The position numbers and the translations under genes are program-made. A model generated the notes under the pieces. That model saw only the letters and a program-made list of their open reading frames with translations, had not been told where the DNA came from and did no database searches. DNA of 63,951 nucleotides, filler included, from Lenisia limosa (lineage: Eukaryota; Protista; Breviatea), in assembly GCA_001655205.1 (NCBI GenBank). It is 10 parts of 10 records of this genome, joined end to end, with 100 filler letters (N's around TTAATTAATTAA, not from the genome) between each part and the next. Parts side by side here need not be neighbours in the genome. Positions count along the whole stretch, not along the records: positions 1 to 24,197 come from LPNZ01006239.1; 9 more parts are not named here. One strand, written 5' to 3'. Shown piece after piece: positions 12,201-23,989 of the stretch. The stretch's first letter is position 1. The number at the start of each line of letters is the position of its first letter.

Positions 12201-15200
12201 CCCGGTCCGAGCCTGCGGCAAGTACCACTGAGGTGCCTACCACCGTAATTGGTCGCGGCGGCTCGGAATCTGGTTGGAAGCCTGTTGTGCGTGAATGATG
12301 AAGGAGTTGTCGCTTGCAAAATGATGATAACGTTGTTATGAAGGTAGTATCTGACCGAAGCTGTGCATTTATTAAAAAAATAATAATAATAGGATAGGTG
12401 ATGTACCCTATTGAAAAAATACAAGCGATAAATGCGATGCAGCTCACCATCAGGACGTATCTTGGTGCTGCCACAATGTGATCTTGGGATCTCAATAAAA
12501 TTAACCATGGCTGTTCGGACCGGAGACTGCCACCATCGTGTGCCCCCTGGGTTGTTAAGCTATTGTGTGTTACTTGTATTGAGAAGTATTCGTCACCATA
12601 TTGAAACAGAGAATAGAATTCTACCTCCATTTTGAAAAAAAAAACACAATTTGGTATTTTTCAATTCGATTACATTGCCTACCCTTGAGAAACGGCATGT
12701 GAAACCGGGGTGCCAGAGGCCCGGTACCCCCTTTAAATGGCTGGAGGTTCAACTTGTTTGGCGCTCTTGGTAAGATCAATAAAAGTAGAAGACAAAATGT
12801 GGAAGAGTTGAAGAGGAAGGGGTATCAACATTCGTATATTGCTTTTTGCAGTAAAATGCTATACCAAAGTAGTCCCCTCCAACCGAATCTGTTGCGGGGC
12901 TTGGCTTGAAGGATTCTGGGAGGATGGGAGTGGAGCCTGGCTGTTCTGTGGCAACTGTGTTTGTTGGGTATTGGAGGCCCATGCTGGCTGCGAACTAAGG
13001 TCGTGAGAATGGTGGTATGCTATTACTATTGGAATAGCTGAATGAAAAAAAAAATTAATTTATTTCGCTGAAGCCACACACATCACATGTATATTATGTT
13101 AGTGTATTCAGTTGTGATTAAGCACATCATGCAACTCTCCCACCTGAACTCATTCGACACCAGGCTCGGAGCTGAGAATTGCCGAGAAGGCTCGGACGGC
13201 GCGGATATTGACTGGCTCGGATAAGTTTGTGATCGGGACAAAGAGACGGGATTGGGGTTGAATTGGCGCTGGGGTGAGCGGGGCGGGATGGGTATTGAAG
13301 GCCACCCGGGTCCCTGATTATGACTTCGGGGTGCTAGCGACCGACTTGGGGAAAACGGTGATTGTGAAGGGGGTCGCAGGGACTGGTGATACGGCGAAGA
13401 GGGAACATGNNNNNNNNNNNNNNNNNNNNNNNNNNNNNNNNNNNNNNNNNNNNNNNNNNNNNNNNNNNNNNNNNNNNNNNNNNNNNNNNNNNNNNNNNNN
13501 NNNNNNNNNNNNNNNNNNNNNNNNNNNNNNNNGGATTTCGATTTTTGACTGGAGTTTGAGAATTGTTTCTTGCAGCTCATCGTTTTTCTTCTTCTCCATC
13601 CTGGAACAAATATGAGACAGAAAGATCCAAAAAAAAAAGAATGACAATACAATAATAACATCCCAATAAATTGGACAATTAGAATCTTTATCTACTATAT
13701 AATATATTATATAAGTAGTAGATATACTATATTAGTATATGAATAATTTATGGTCAGTTCGGTAGCATAACTCTCATTTTTGTTCTCCCAACACTTAAAC
13801 GAGATAGTTCACTAGTTTTGTGTATGTATATGATGTTATTTATACATAATCATCGTCCTTCTTCTTCACCCCCCCCCCCCANNNNNNNNNNNNNNNNNNN
13901 NNNNNNNNNNNNNNNNNNNNNNNNNNNNNNNNNNNNNNNNNNNNNNNNNNNNNNNNNNNNNNNNNNNNNNNNNNNNNNNGTGAGTGTTTTGTTTGTTTAC
14001 AGGTTTTAATGCACTAATTATTGAGAGTTGGATAAATGCAACAATAAAATAGCATATCAAAACGACTAGGTTTTTCTTCTTCACAGGAGATAGTCAGAAG
14101 TGATTAGAAGCCCACCGATCGAGGCCGGGTACATGAGACGGATGTCACCTTTTCGAGCGTGCTTCCGACAAATTGGGCACTAAAATGTTAATCACTCTTA
14201 GGAAGGAAACTCATGGCTTCGCTTAGTACCACCAATGCTCAAGGGCATAATTTGGCAGTACCACCAATGCTCAAAGATGAGAGAGATGTTCAACGAGACA
14301 GCTGTAATTATAGAAAGGTTACCTTTTTATCCCTCTTTGTGATTGTTGTAGCGCAACTATGACTGAACTGTCAAGCAAAGAAGAAGGAATAATGAATAAT
14401 AAATATCAGAAATTCTCACGGAAGCTTCTGTTACCCCCCCCCCCCNNNNNNNNNNNNNNNNNNNNNNNNNNNNNNNNNNNNNNNNNNNNNNNNNNNNNNN
14501 NNNNNNNNNNNNNNNNNNNNNNNNNNNNNNNNNNNNNNNNNNNNNNATATGACTCACAGCAAATGGCACAAGAAGTTGCGTCGTCAATCTGGGGTAGTTA
14601 AAAGACAATAGTTAAGGTTAAAAAACCTGCAGGTTAACAGAATTGTGTTATAAAAAGACTGACGTGAACATCACCTTCTGTAAAGTCAACAAAACAGATG
14701 TGACACTACGCAACTTAATATTTGGGCATGATTATATAACATCACAAGATTATATACTATAGTGTTTTTTATGTATATGTTTGAGCAATAATAACACACG
14801 TTTTCCAGCAGCGCATTTGAGTCGAGTTGTGCGGCAGGCGGACTGAGTCATGAGAATTCGAGGAATTGGAAACGCTTGTGTTATTGCTTTATCTCACCAC
14901 AGCTCTGCTTTTTTGCATTGATATGATAAAAATTTGGTTATTTATAAATAAGATACACGATAATAAGCGGGGAAACTGTAATAGACTCGAAAATATGTAC
15001 GCCATTTCTGAACTATTTGAGGCTGGTTATAGAGACTGTGGAGTTCAGTCCTCTTCTACAACCGCCATTCAGATAGCCAGAAACTCCAGGAGCATACCTG
15101 GGGGCAGAAGGAACTGGCTCAGAAGGCACCGTTGAGGTTTGCTCTTGCTCCGAAGGAACTGTAATTCTGGACTTCTTCTTTTTCTTCTTTTTCTTCTTTT

Positions 15201-16200
15201 CTTCAGACTTAATTTTCCTTTTGGTACTCCTCCAAAAGTTAATAATTATTGCGATGTTGAAAGGAGAAGAATGGTTGAATTGAAAATTTATCGCGTCTGG
15301 ACTATCCTTATGCAGACCAGGGGGGTGGAGCCAGCATTGATGAGAGGGGTTATTGTGAAATATAAGTAAAAAAAATGTAGTGTTAGTACACTGTTGCAAA
15401 TGGAGTTTTCTGGACGAACCTTTTTTCACTCTCATCACCCTCCTGAGCCTCTGCCTCATCAGTCCAGCGTGGAGAGAAATCTAATCAAATAATGACGACA
15501 GTTTAAGAAAGGATTGTGTTAAAGGTGCGCATGATACATGCATGATAAAATCTAACAGCAAGAAATGCATGGATAAGAGAAAACTTCAACAGAAGCATAC
15601 TTTCTGCCGGAGCTGGAACAATCTCATAACCCGGCATGGGCTGTAAGGCCGCAACAATGGCATTGAAATCCTCATCAGAGATTTCAGGGTGGTCCTCACG
15701 CCTGAGGCTGAACCCCTCCATCTCCTGTAGTCAGACCTGACAGTTGTGTTGGAGGAGCCTGAGGTGTTCTGAAATGGTAATAAAGAAAACTTGTTTAACA
15801 GGCGTGAAATATATGTTTCAAAGTGCCATTGTTAGATAAGAGAAGGTTGGGTGGGTGAGGATAATCATTGGAAGATAGTTACAGGGAATGAGGTACCGCT
15901 TCTTTTCTTTTCATACTAATGTTATATTAATCCAATAACATACACATTGCACGGTAGAGAGGCGAAGGAGGCTGTGTTGATCGGTTCACAAAAAAAAAAC
16001 TGTGTTAGTCATTCGCTTTCTTCCTTTCTCTTTCACTTTCTAGTACGTGTTTACGTGTTTTTACTTACACCACACCATCTTCTGTCAAGCTTTTTTTTCT
16101 TTCTTATTTCTTATATATTTGATGAAGGGGGCAAGACGGAGAGTTGTCCCTCTTACTTAACATGGTATCTGAACCAGGCTGTGATTCCACTGGTGTTCTC
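9210..16200 (-). CDS. RFWD3: RFWD3-like RING / coiled-coil / WD40 E3 ubiquitin ligase
   Basis: Low-complexity N-terminus (exons about 14800-15760) splices in phase to IDDATSCAIC (about 14560) ..FSHSCATTITKRDKK|CPICRKHARKGDIRLMYPASI (about 14130-14370). Then a coiled coil (EKKKNDELQETILKLQSKIEI, about 13550-13600) and WD40 HQAPVSSLDFSESNRLILTGSW|DKSASLIDD (about 11650-11950). Stop at 9210-9212. 5' end uncertain; some exons lie in gaps. Confidence 0.68.
10714..10811. mobile_element. MITE-A (opposite orientation)
   Basis: TA flanks; TTCACTTCGGTTCGAAAAAAAGAC / GTCTTTTTTGAACCGAAGTGAAG. Confidence 0.8.
11341..11560. repeat. Degenerate CAGAAAA-based minisatellite in an RFWD3 intron
   Basis: Recurrent (T/C)ACAGAAAAG / GTCAGAAAAACC / AAAGTCAAAGAAAT units. 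Confidence 0.6.
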
Positions 16201-16369
16201 TGGGTGTTCTCAATTGTAAATATGTGACTATACCAAGACTATGCAGTGAATATGCGACAATGCGATAGAAGTGCAATGATCTAACATCACAACTCATGAA
16301 AAAATAATGAAAACACTAGTTGTAAAACAAAAACAATAAATACGAAGAAAGAAAAACTGCTGTGAAGAC

Positions 16370-18761
16370 CTAGAAAGTTTTCTCTTCTGGGAACAGCCGG
16401 TCAAAGAGACACATTGCCGAGAGAGCTTTGCTATCCCTAAACCGTCAGCTGAAGCTTGTTTGATAAACTAGGAACGTAAATGGAAACTAATGGAAATGTT
16501 CAAAGGGAAAATGACTGTTTTCAAAGAAGTTTAATCAAGTCCCCCCATCTCACGAAGTAACTTTCCAGAGGTCTTGGAGAGGAAGCACGTCAACAGTGAT
16601 ACGCTCGCCCTCCTCAATAACGCCAGTGCACTTCAGATATTAAAATGTGCAATTCAGAGGTTAAAATAGAAAAATAACTTGCTTGGATTGAACATTATAA
16701 TATATATGTTGCCCCCATTTTTATATCCTCTCTAAATACAAAGAGTGAAATTTTGACTTATTCGTGGTATCCCTTAAGGCTTACCTTTCCTTTCAGTTCA
16801 TCAAGTTTGGCCTTGGTTACTGACGTTTTGTAGGCGAAAAGGCGGATAATTTCATCGCAGCCACCAGGGGACGGGTACATACCTGGGTACTTCAACTGTT
16901 AAAAAAATAGAGTTTGAAATGGTACGAAAAACACTGTCACTAATTATTCATAATAATTTTCAGGAATTTACGGTCTTTATCCCACTTTGTTGCCGTAAGC
17001 CATTTTTGTGAGGTCAATCAGCTCAGAAGCGTCAATCTTGATTCCTGTTTCTTCTTCGAGCTAAAAAAATAATGAAAAGAAAATAAATACCAGGTGCCAT
17101 CAGTGAAAAAGGGGCCCAGGTGAACAAAAAGGGGCCCAGTTTTTTGAAAAATGTCTTGTTTTTGAGGATAGTCTTCTTTTTGTTCCGTCTTAGTGTACGT
17201 TTCGTCTCGGAAATGACGACTAGTGTAGCGAAATAACCAGGTTCATTGGATTCAAACGAATCAGTTTTTAACTTCACCTCAGTTGCGATTTGTACTAATA
17301 CAAGGCTTAACTTTGTAAAAGGCTAAAAATACAATAAAAATCTCACAAAAGGGGAGTGAACTGGACGAACTGGACTTTTCAAAAATGACACTCTAAAAAA
17401 AATATGAAATATATATTTTTTTTGCATTTTTAATACAGAGAAAATTTGAATAATGATCAGAAAAACTGGGCCCCTTTTTATGCACTGGTCCCCTTTTTAT
17501 TCACTGACCATTATAATAATTTTTTTTTTTAGTTTTTTTTTTAAAATAATCAATCGCACCTGATACACATGCACATACCTCCTTTGCGGCCACTCCGGTG
17601 AAGTGTCCTGAACCGTCCAACATGCCGGCGGGGATTTCAATCATGTCAAAAGACCCAATTGGGATTCGCGGCTGACGAGTGACCACCTATATTGATTAAA
17701 TTAAAACGAACCATAAATAGATAGATAAACCCTTTTAGTGACAATTAATCTGGTCTGGTCCGAACCAACCCAAAACTCATTTGAAATGGTACGTTTGAGC
17801 TTACAGTGAACTTCTGGCCGTCACATTCGAGAATCACCAAAATAGCCACTGATCCTCCTCTCATGAACACAATACCCTGAAGGCGTCATGGTTTGCTTTT
17901 CTTCATATAATGAAGAACCAATAAGCCGTTTTTTAGTTCACAAGATAAGACAAACTTCAAAAACAGATCCGATGAGACTATCCCAATCTACCCACAGGAA
18001 TCGGTGCGGACTTGAGAGACGCTGATTCGAGAACCCGGGTTGTGAACTTGACAAACCCTGGACGCGGACCAAACATATCCACACTTTGGATCTGGACACT
18101 CTCCAAATGGAGTCGTTGCTCCTATAGGAGTAAAGGAATGTCTGGAGTACGGGAGCTTAGAAATGCTGAGGTATACTTCCCTGCTGTTCCATCCACCAAA
18201 CCTTTTCCATGTTTCTGACCCAATTGAGAAAGTTGGCAGAGTCCACAATCGTTGCCAAGTCACAAGGCATCCCTGTAGTGTAAAACTGAAAAACTGACCT
18301 GTTGTATAAGAGTGTTTTAACAATTTTGAAATGTGTTGTTTTAAAAACTAAAACCATCTATCGTATTAATATATCCCCTCCTACATTCCTATTAAAAATT
18401 AAGCAATTTACAAAACATTACATAGAGTATAAATTGGGCATTTCCCAAATGTACTCAATTCAAATTCAAAAAGAAGAAAAATACTACTGAACCAGGCCCA
18501 ATGAAAAAATTCAATCGGGGAAATTATCCTCGATCAGAACGATAGTGGGGAGATTTGACCGGAGCCTTAATATTTTTGATACAAATGAAATTTTCTGTTT
18601 GGCTCACCTTCATATCCAAATACAGGGATTCCTCTTCCTTTAATGCTGATAGTTGTTGGGCGTTGTGGAGGAGTCATCGTTATGAAGCGCTTAAAGAGAA
18701 AGCTTCCTGGAATTAGTGCTTTAGACAATAGTTGATGCTGAAAAGAGGCAACGGAAGCCAA
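16370..18761 (-). CDS. NUDT14: Plant-type NUDT14 ADP-sugar pyrophosphatase-like Nudix hydrolase with N-terminal presequence
   Basis: Spliced: MASVASFQHQLLSKALIPGSFLFKRFITM..IVDSANFLNWVRNMEK..IQSVDMFGPRPGFVKF..GIVFMRGGSVAILVILEC..QPRIPIGSFDMIEIPAGMLDGSGHFTGVAAKE|LEEETGI..MYPSPGGCDEIIRLF..GERITVDVLPLQDLWK..DSKALSAMCLFDRLF..*. Nudix box plus PSPGGCDE motif. Confidence 0.85.
17101..17506. mobile_element. About 406-bp element with about 47-bp imperfect TIRs in a NUDT14 intron
   Basis: CAGTGAAAAAGGGGCCCAGGTGAACAAAAAGGGGCCCAGTTTTT (17101-17147) is mirrored by AAAAACTGGGCCCCTTTTT..GGTCCCCTTTTTATTCACTG (17457-17506). Confidence 0.65.
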
Positions 18762-18967
18762 GACAACAGCTCTTTGATAGAATGAAAAGAGATGTATTCT
18801 TCAAAAACAAATAATACCCAATATATTGTAATCTAATAATCTCTGCAGTTTCAATACACAACAAATTTGACAACTTGGGTGAGATTTAGTATCTTTATTA
18901 GTTTTCTGGGGAGTGTATAATAGGGTATTTAAGTAGAAAAAAAAAATCCATTTTCAGAAAATAGAGA

Positions 18968-21078
18968 ATGTTCCGTAAGTTAACTCAATCAATTGCGGAA
19001 ATTGCCAGTCTCCAGCTGAAGAGCGCAGGCGGAGCGGCTGTTGCTGCCGCTGAGGGACCTATTGCCACTCAGGTTCCAAAGGCTGCCGCTGCTGCTGCAT
19101 CTAAGATGAGAGAAACAACCGAGCAACCGATCAAAAAGGACCCAGAAAGCTTCAGGGCCGAGAAGAAAACCGCTGCTCCCAAAAAGAGTGTAAGTCATCC
19201 TCTCTTTCATCCCTTCTGTCTAATATTTAAATTTAGTTTGATCAAAAAATTAATGAAATGAAGTACAACTTCTCAAAGAAGTCTTCTGAGGCTCTCCATG
19301 GCAAACAGCAGAAAGCAAGTGTTGCATTCATGGTTTGTCTTGATTCTCTCATCTTTATCTTTCTTACTGAGTAGATTACTAGTGATATGCGTGAACAGTT
19401 ATATGATCTTGGGTACTTCAAGGCTGATGTCTCTCGTGAGTTGGCTCTGTTGAACTTCCCACCACCTTCTTCCTCCTCTCTTTATTGCGTAGGTCTTACC
19501 CCTGAAGAGGCTCATCGATTAATCAAAGACCAAGTTGTTGCTAACAGAGCTAAACCAGTTGTTGTTGAAGTATGAGTGTTCATGGATCCCACTACCAGCC
19601 AACCTTTTGTATTTATTCTATTCTCTCTCTTCTCTTCATATGTATATTCCATATGCATATCATATAATGTATGTATGCAAGAATATGAGAAAATCTTCGG
19701 ATAAACTAAGTGCTCACAAAACACTCTTTGACATTTGAAGTTATTTCCCTAACCCCATGTTCTTACCTCTTCGTTATGCTGTAGGTGGACTCCCCTGATG
19801 TTATTGTCATGGGCACCCCCCCAGCTGAACCTGCCGCTCCTTCTCTGGAAGAACAGCTCAAAAGTGGGATCACTATCATTTCAATTGAAGATATATTGTG
19901 AATTAGGGGGGTTTTATCGAAATATATTAGATTGGCTAAATAGAACATTCCAGAACACCAGAAGCAATCCTTTTCTGAGGAATGACTGATGTTTTTGTTT
20001 TGTTTCGATCCGTTAGTTAAAATCCATCCTTAAAAAGTGAATTGGTTGCGAAAAGAATAATCATATAACCACATATCCGTTCTTGTTTCTAATATTACCA
20101 CATCTTCCTGATACATTTGCCATTTGACTTCTTAGACATTTCCCCCGAAGAATTGGCTGCTGCTGTTGAAATGATTCGAAACCTTGGTGTTGTTAACGAC
20201 GATAGTGAACATATCAACCCCTCTCAAGCTATTGGATCAAACGCTGCTGCTATGCAGAACGAATTTGATACTGAAAACATGGATGCTGTTAAGATTGTTA
20301 CTGATCTTGGACGTGTTGCTGATGATGATGCNNNNNNNNNNNNNNNNNNNNNNNNNNNNNNNNNNNNNNNNNNNNNNNNNNNNNNNNNNNNNNNNNNNNN
20401 NNNNNNNNNNNNNNNNNNNNNNNNNNNNNNNNNNNNNNNNNNNNNNNNNNNNNNNNNNNNNNNNNNNNNNNNNNNNNNNNNNNNNNNNNNNNNNNNNNNN
20501 NNNNNNNNNNNNNNNNNNNNNNNNNNNNNNGATCTTGGACGTGTTACTGATGATGACGCCCACCTTAACCCCTCTCAAGCTATTGGATCAAATGCTGCTG
20601 CTATGCAGAACGAATTTGATACTGAAAACATGGACGCTATTAAGATTGTTACTGACCTTGGACGTGTTGCTGATGATGATGCCCACCTTAACCCCTCTCA
20701 AGCTATTGGATCAAATGCTGCTGCTATGCAGAACGAATTTGATACTGCAAACATGGATGCTGTTAAGATTGTCACTGACCTTGGACGTGTTGCTGATGAT
20801 GACGCCCACCTTAACCCCTCTCAAGCTATTGGATCAAATGCTGCTGCTATGCNNNNNNNNNNNNNNNNNNNNNNNNNNNNNNNNNNNNNNNNNNNNNNNN
20901 NNNNNNNNNNNNNNNNNNNNNNNNNNNNNNNNNNNNNNNNNNNNNNNTCTCAAATAACCGTAATGCTGTTAAGATTGTCACTGATCTTGGACGTGTTGCT
21001 GATGATGATGCCCACCTTAACCCCTCTCAAGCAATTGGATCAAATGCTGCTGCTATGCAGGCCGATAAGTCAGACTAA
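18968..21078 (+). CDS. Uncharacterised protein with mitochondrial-type presequence and C-terminal 41-aa tandem repeats
   Basis: Exon 1 18968-19189 (MFRKLTQSIAEIASLQLKSA..). Internal exons give ITSDMREQLYDLGYFKADVS-R-LTPEEAHRLI. Last exon from about 20136 carries 123-bp repeats; stop TAA at 21076-21078. Confidence 0.7.
20185..21060 (+). repeat. Coding tandem repeat, 123-bp unit, about 7 copies (two gaps inside)
   Basis: Unit starts at 20531, 20654 and 20777 (123-bp period). Encodes DLGRVADDDAHLNPSQAIGSNAAAMQNEFDTENMDAVKIVT. Confidence 0.92.
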
Positions 21079-21948
21079 TTCGTATCTCTGTCATGGTTCC
21101 CGTTTGTTCATTTGTTTGTTTGTTTTTTTTCTGGTTTTCTTTTTGTTTCCCTTTCTTCAATACAATTAGCATTGTATGTTCGTGAGTATATGATGATTTG
21201 GGCTTCTTCCATTCTAGTCCTATTGGACAAATGATGACCATCTAAAATTACATGTGACCTGTGATGATGAGCATTACCGGAGCGGGACCGAGCCGTTTTC
21301 TTTTTGTTGTTGTGTTTTTGTGGGGGAGGGGGGGGGATTGTATATAAAAAAAAGGGGGGGAGAGAAGAAGGATAAAAGGAAANNNNNNNNNNNNNNNNNN
21401 NNNNNNNNNNNNNNNNNNNNNNNNNNNNNNNNNNNNNNNNNNNNNNNNNNNNNNNNNNNNNNNNNNNNNNNNNNNNNNNNNNNNNNNNNNNNGGGCGAAG
21501 AGGGAGTATACAAACTTGAAGGACCTCCAACCATCACAACCCCCTCCTCCCATCCCATCATATAATAATCCATCCCGATTCAAACAAGTTCCCCTCTTCT
21601 CGTATGAAGAGTCAAGGTGAGCTGAATTCCATATGATTAAGTGTAACATAGTTGCTATCCCAAAGAGGCGTATTCCCAGGTCGATATCATAGACATATCA
21701 GAGTTGTAATGGCAAATGATTGGGTGAATTAATATACTATAATTCAATATCTCTTATAATGATGGTGGACGGCTTTGGCCAGATAAAACCTTATTTTTTT
21801 GTTATTATTTCTCATTGCTGTGTTTCTACATACCTCCTCATATTCTCTGTTCTGATTTGTTTTTGAATAATAGAATGTTCATCATTTCAATAATATCTCA
21901 CACTCGGCTGGCCCATTCCATTAACACGGTGTAGTTCTGAAGCCAAAG

Positions 21949-23778
21949 ATGAGGAAACCAAATCAGACGTTCTGGTCAAAGGCCTATGACTACCCCTTCC
22001 TACCCATGTTTGCCGCAATCAGTATGAGGGATATTGAATTTTGCTATCAACCTGGCCAATCATTGCCCCCCCCCCCTTCGCTTCTTCTTTTGCCTATATT
22101 TTCAGCATTACAGAGCAGACTATCGCCCTTTTTATTTTGGGTCATACAGAGAACGATTTGTCCTTTTTCAGAGTTAATATCCTCTCTAATTTCACACAGC
22201 CGGGGTGTTGACAATGGTTGTTTGCTACTACATCGCAGCGTCTAATGACGATTTGGAACGAAGGGACGAGCTACCATTTATCTCAGAAACAGGTGCTTAT
22301 GGCCCTGAGAGGTTTGAAAGCGGACTTCAACTTGTTTTTTTCCCTGTATGGACTCTAAACTGAACCAGGTACCTTTACTCCTTTGGATTTGTGTCATGTG
22401 GAGTAATGGTGGTTACAAGTATCTTCAAGATGTTCAATGACGTGTATCCCAGACAAAATATTACTGGTGGGGGGGAGGGGGTATCACTGGTTGGGAAGGG
22501 TGCAGGATATATCACATGCGTTATTATTCAGGTAAAAAAGCAATTTTTCTTCTTTGCTCAGCACTTGTTGCCTCTTTTGGTGCTATGGTGCAGGCAGTGA
22601 TACCTCTCCAGGTTGGTGTATATTCTCATATTCATGCATTTGCTCCCATAACCATGGAATAAAAGCAACGGATCATGTTGTTGTTTTTATTGTTTTTTTC
22701 TTGTTTGTACTTCCCATCACCTTTCTTCCTCACAGTTTCTCATAATTTAGCCCCATGATATGACAAGCCTGTCATCTATTGTTCATATGGTGTGAGGGGA
22801 AAAAAGAACGACTCTATATGCGACCATTTCACAACTTTTTTTGTCATGAGGCTTCAGCCAAATAATATCACTCCCTTCCACTTTTGTTCCAGAATTAATT
22901 ATAATCCAATATTTTTAAGCGTGATGGTGGACGGCTTCGGCCAGATACAGTCCTACATTATATCATACATATTATATAATATATATATTCAACAGTCTTA
23001 GTAGAAATCAATCAAAGCCAACCAAGTTTTTCTGGTCATTTCATTCCCTCCCAGAGCTCAGCAGGTATTTTCTTTCTGGTGTGCAACATTCACTTGTCCA
23101 CCATGTTTGTTCTCCTCTTCCGGAGACGAAAAGACTTGCCTTGGCTCTCAAAAGTAAGCAAAGGTGAATGAGTTGGTAGAGTAATACATAGTATAATACA
23201 ATACAAAATATATCTAGTAGTACCTTTGTTGATATGAATATATGCTGCTAATAATGAAACCATATTGTAGATGAGGTTGAAGCTCAATGTTCAAAATCCA
23301 AGTAGCTAACTTACCCAGGGAGCAATTTACATGAAGGCTTTTGGTATCCTTGGAGCGGTAGTGGTTTGGTTGTCTGCTTTCACTGAGGATGATGACAGTG
23401 AAACTAATGAAGGTTTGTTGGATACAATCAGTGAAGTTCTCTAAAAAACAAATATTGTAGTTTTTTAACCAAAAGTGCCATTGGGTTGCGCGTTTGCTCC
23501 ATGGAAAGAATATTAGTTAAGTACTTTAGATATAGGTTAATTGCTCTTTAGGTGACGAAGTTGGCCAGGGTGCAGCAATTCAATGGTTTTACTGCTGGTG
23601 CCTATTGGTGAGTGTGAATCGTTTTGAAGATTGTAGAGTTCAAATTTCACAACTATGAGAGTGATAGTGCCATGATCATCCTTCCTTTATGACCGCTTAG
23701 GCTGGAATCGCGTCCTACTCTGTGGACTTAGTGTGTTTCGAAGACGAATGTGGGATGGGGAGGGGTATGCAATCTTAA
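21949..23778 (+). CDS. DRAM/TMEM150 (Frag1/Sfk1) family multi-pass membrane protein
   Basis: Spliced: ..YDYPFLPMFAAITGVLTMVVCYYIAASNDDLERRDELPFISETGAYGPERYLYSFGF.., matching the family LP(Y/F)ISxTGxxxPE motif after TM1. Several further hydrophobic exons; ends ..GMGRGMQS* at 23776-23778. Confidence 0.72.
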
Positions 23779-23989
23779 ATCTATAAAAAGTGACAAATTA
23801 AATCATGAGTGTAGACATTTTATTTCAATTTGCAAGATATGTATCAAAAAACACAGTAATTGAGATGGTTTACTGTTTTGAGATACAGATAATTTTCGTA
23901 TATGATATACCATCCGGCCCCGTGTTTCAATATTAAAATACTTTGGACATTTTTTTTTGAATTTCATTTCTCTTTTTGAATACCGTTTT

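Noticed and set aside
14800-15760. Separate Lys-rich gene upstream of the RING exons
   Set aside because: The exon ending ..PSAP-AG splices in phase to T-CCG.. and on to IDDATSCAIC, so it is better read as the N-terminus of the RFWD3-like gene.
20184-20957. 257-aa Leu/Met-rich ORF
   Set aside because: Alternative frame of the 123-bp repeat; the D/A/N-rich frame is the one that splices to upstream exons and shows synonymous variation.
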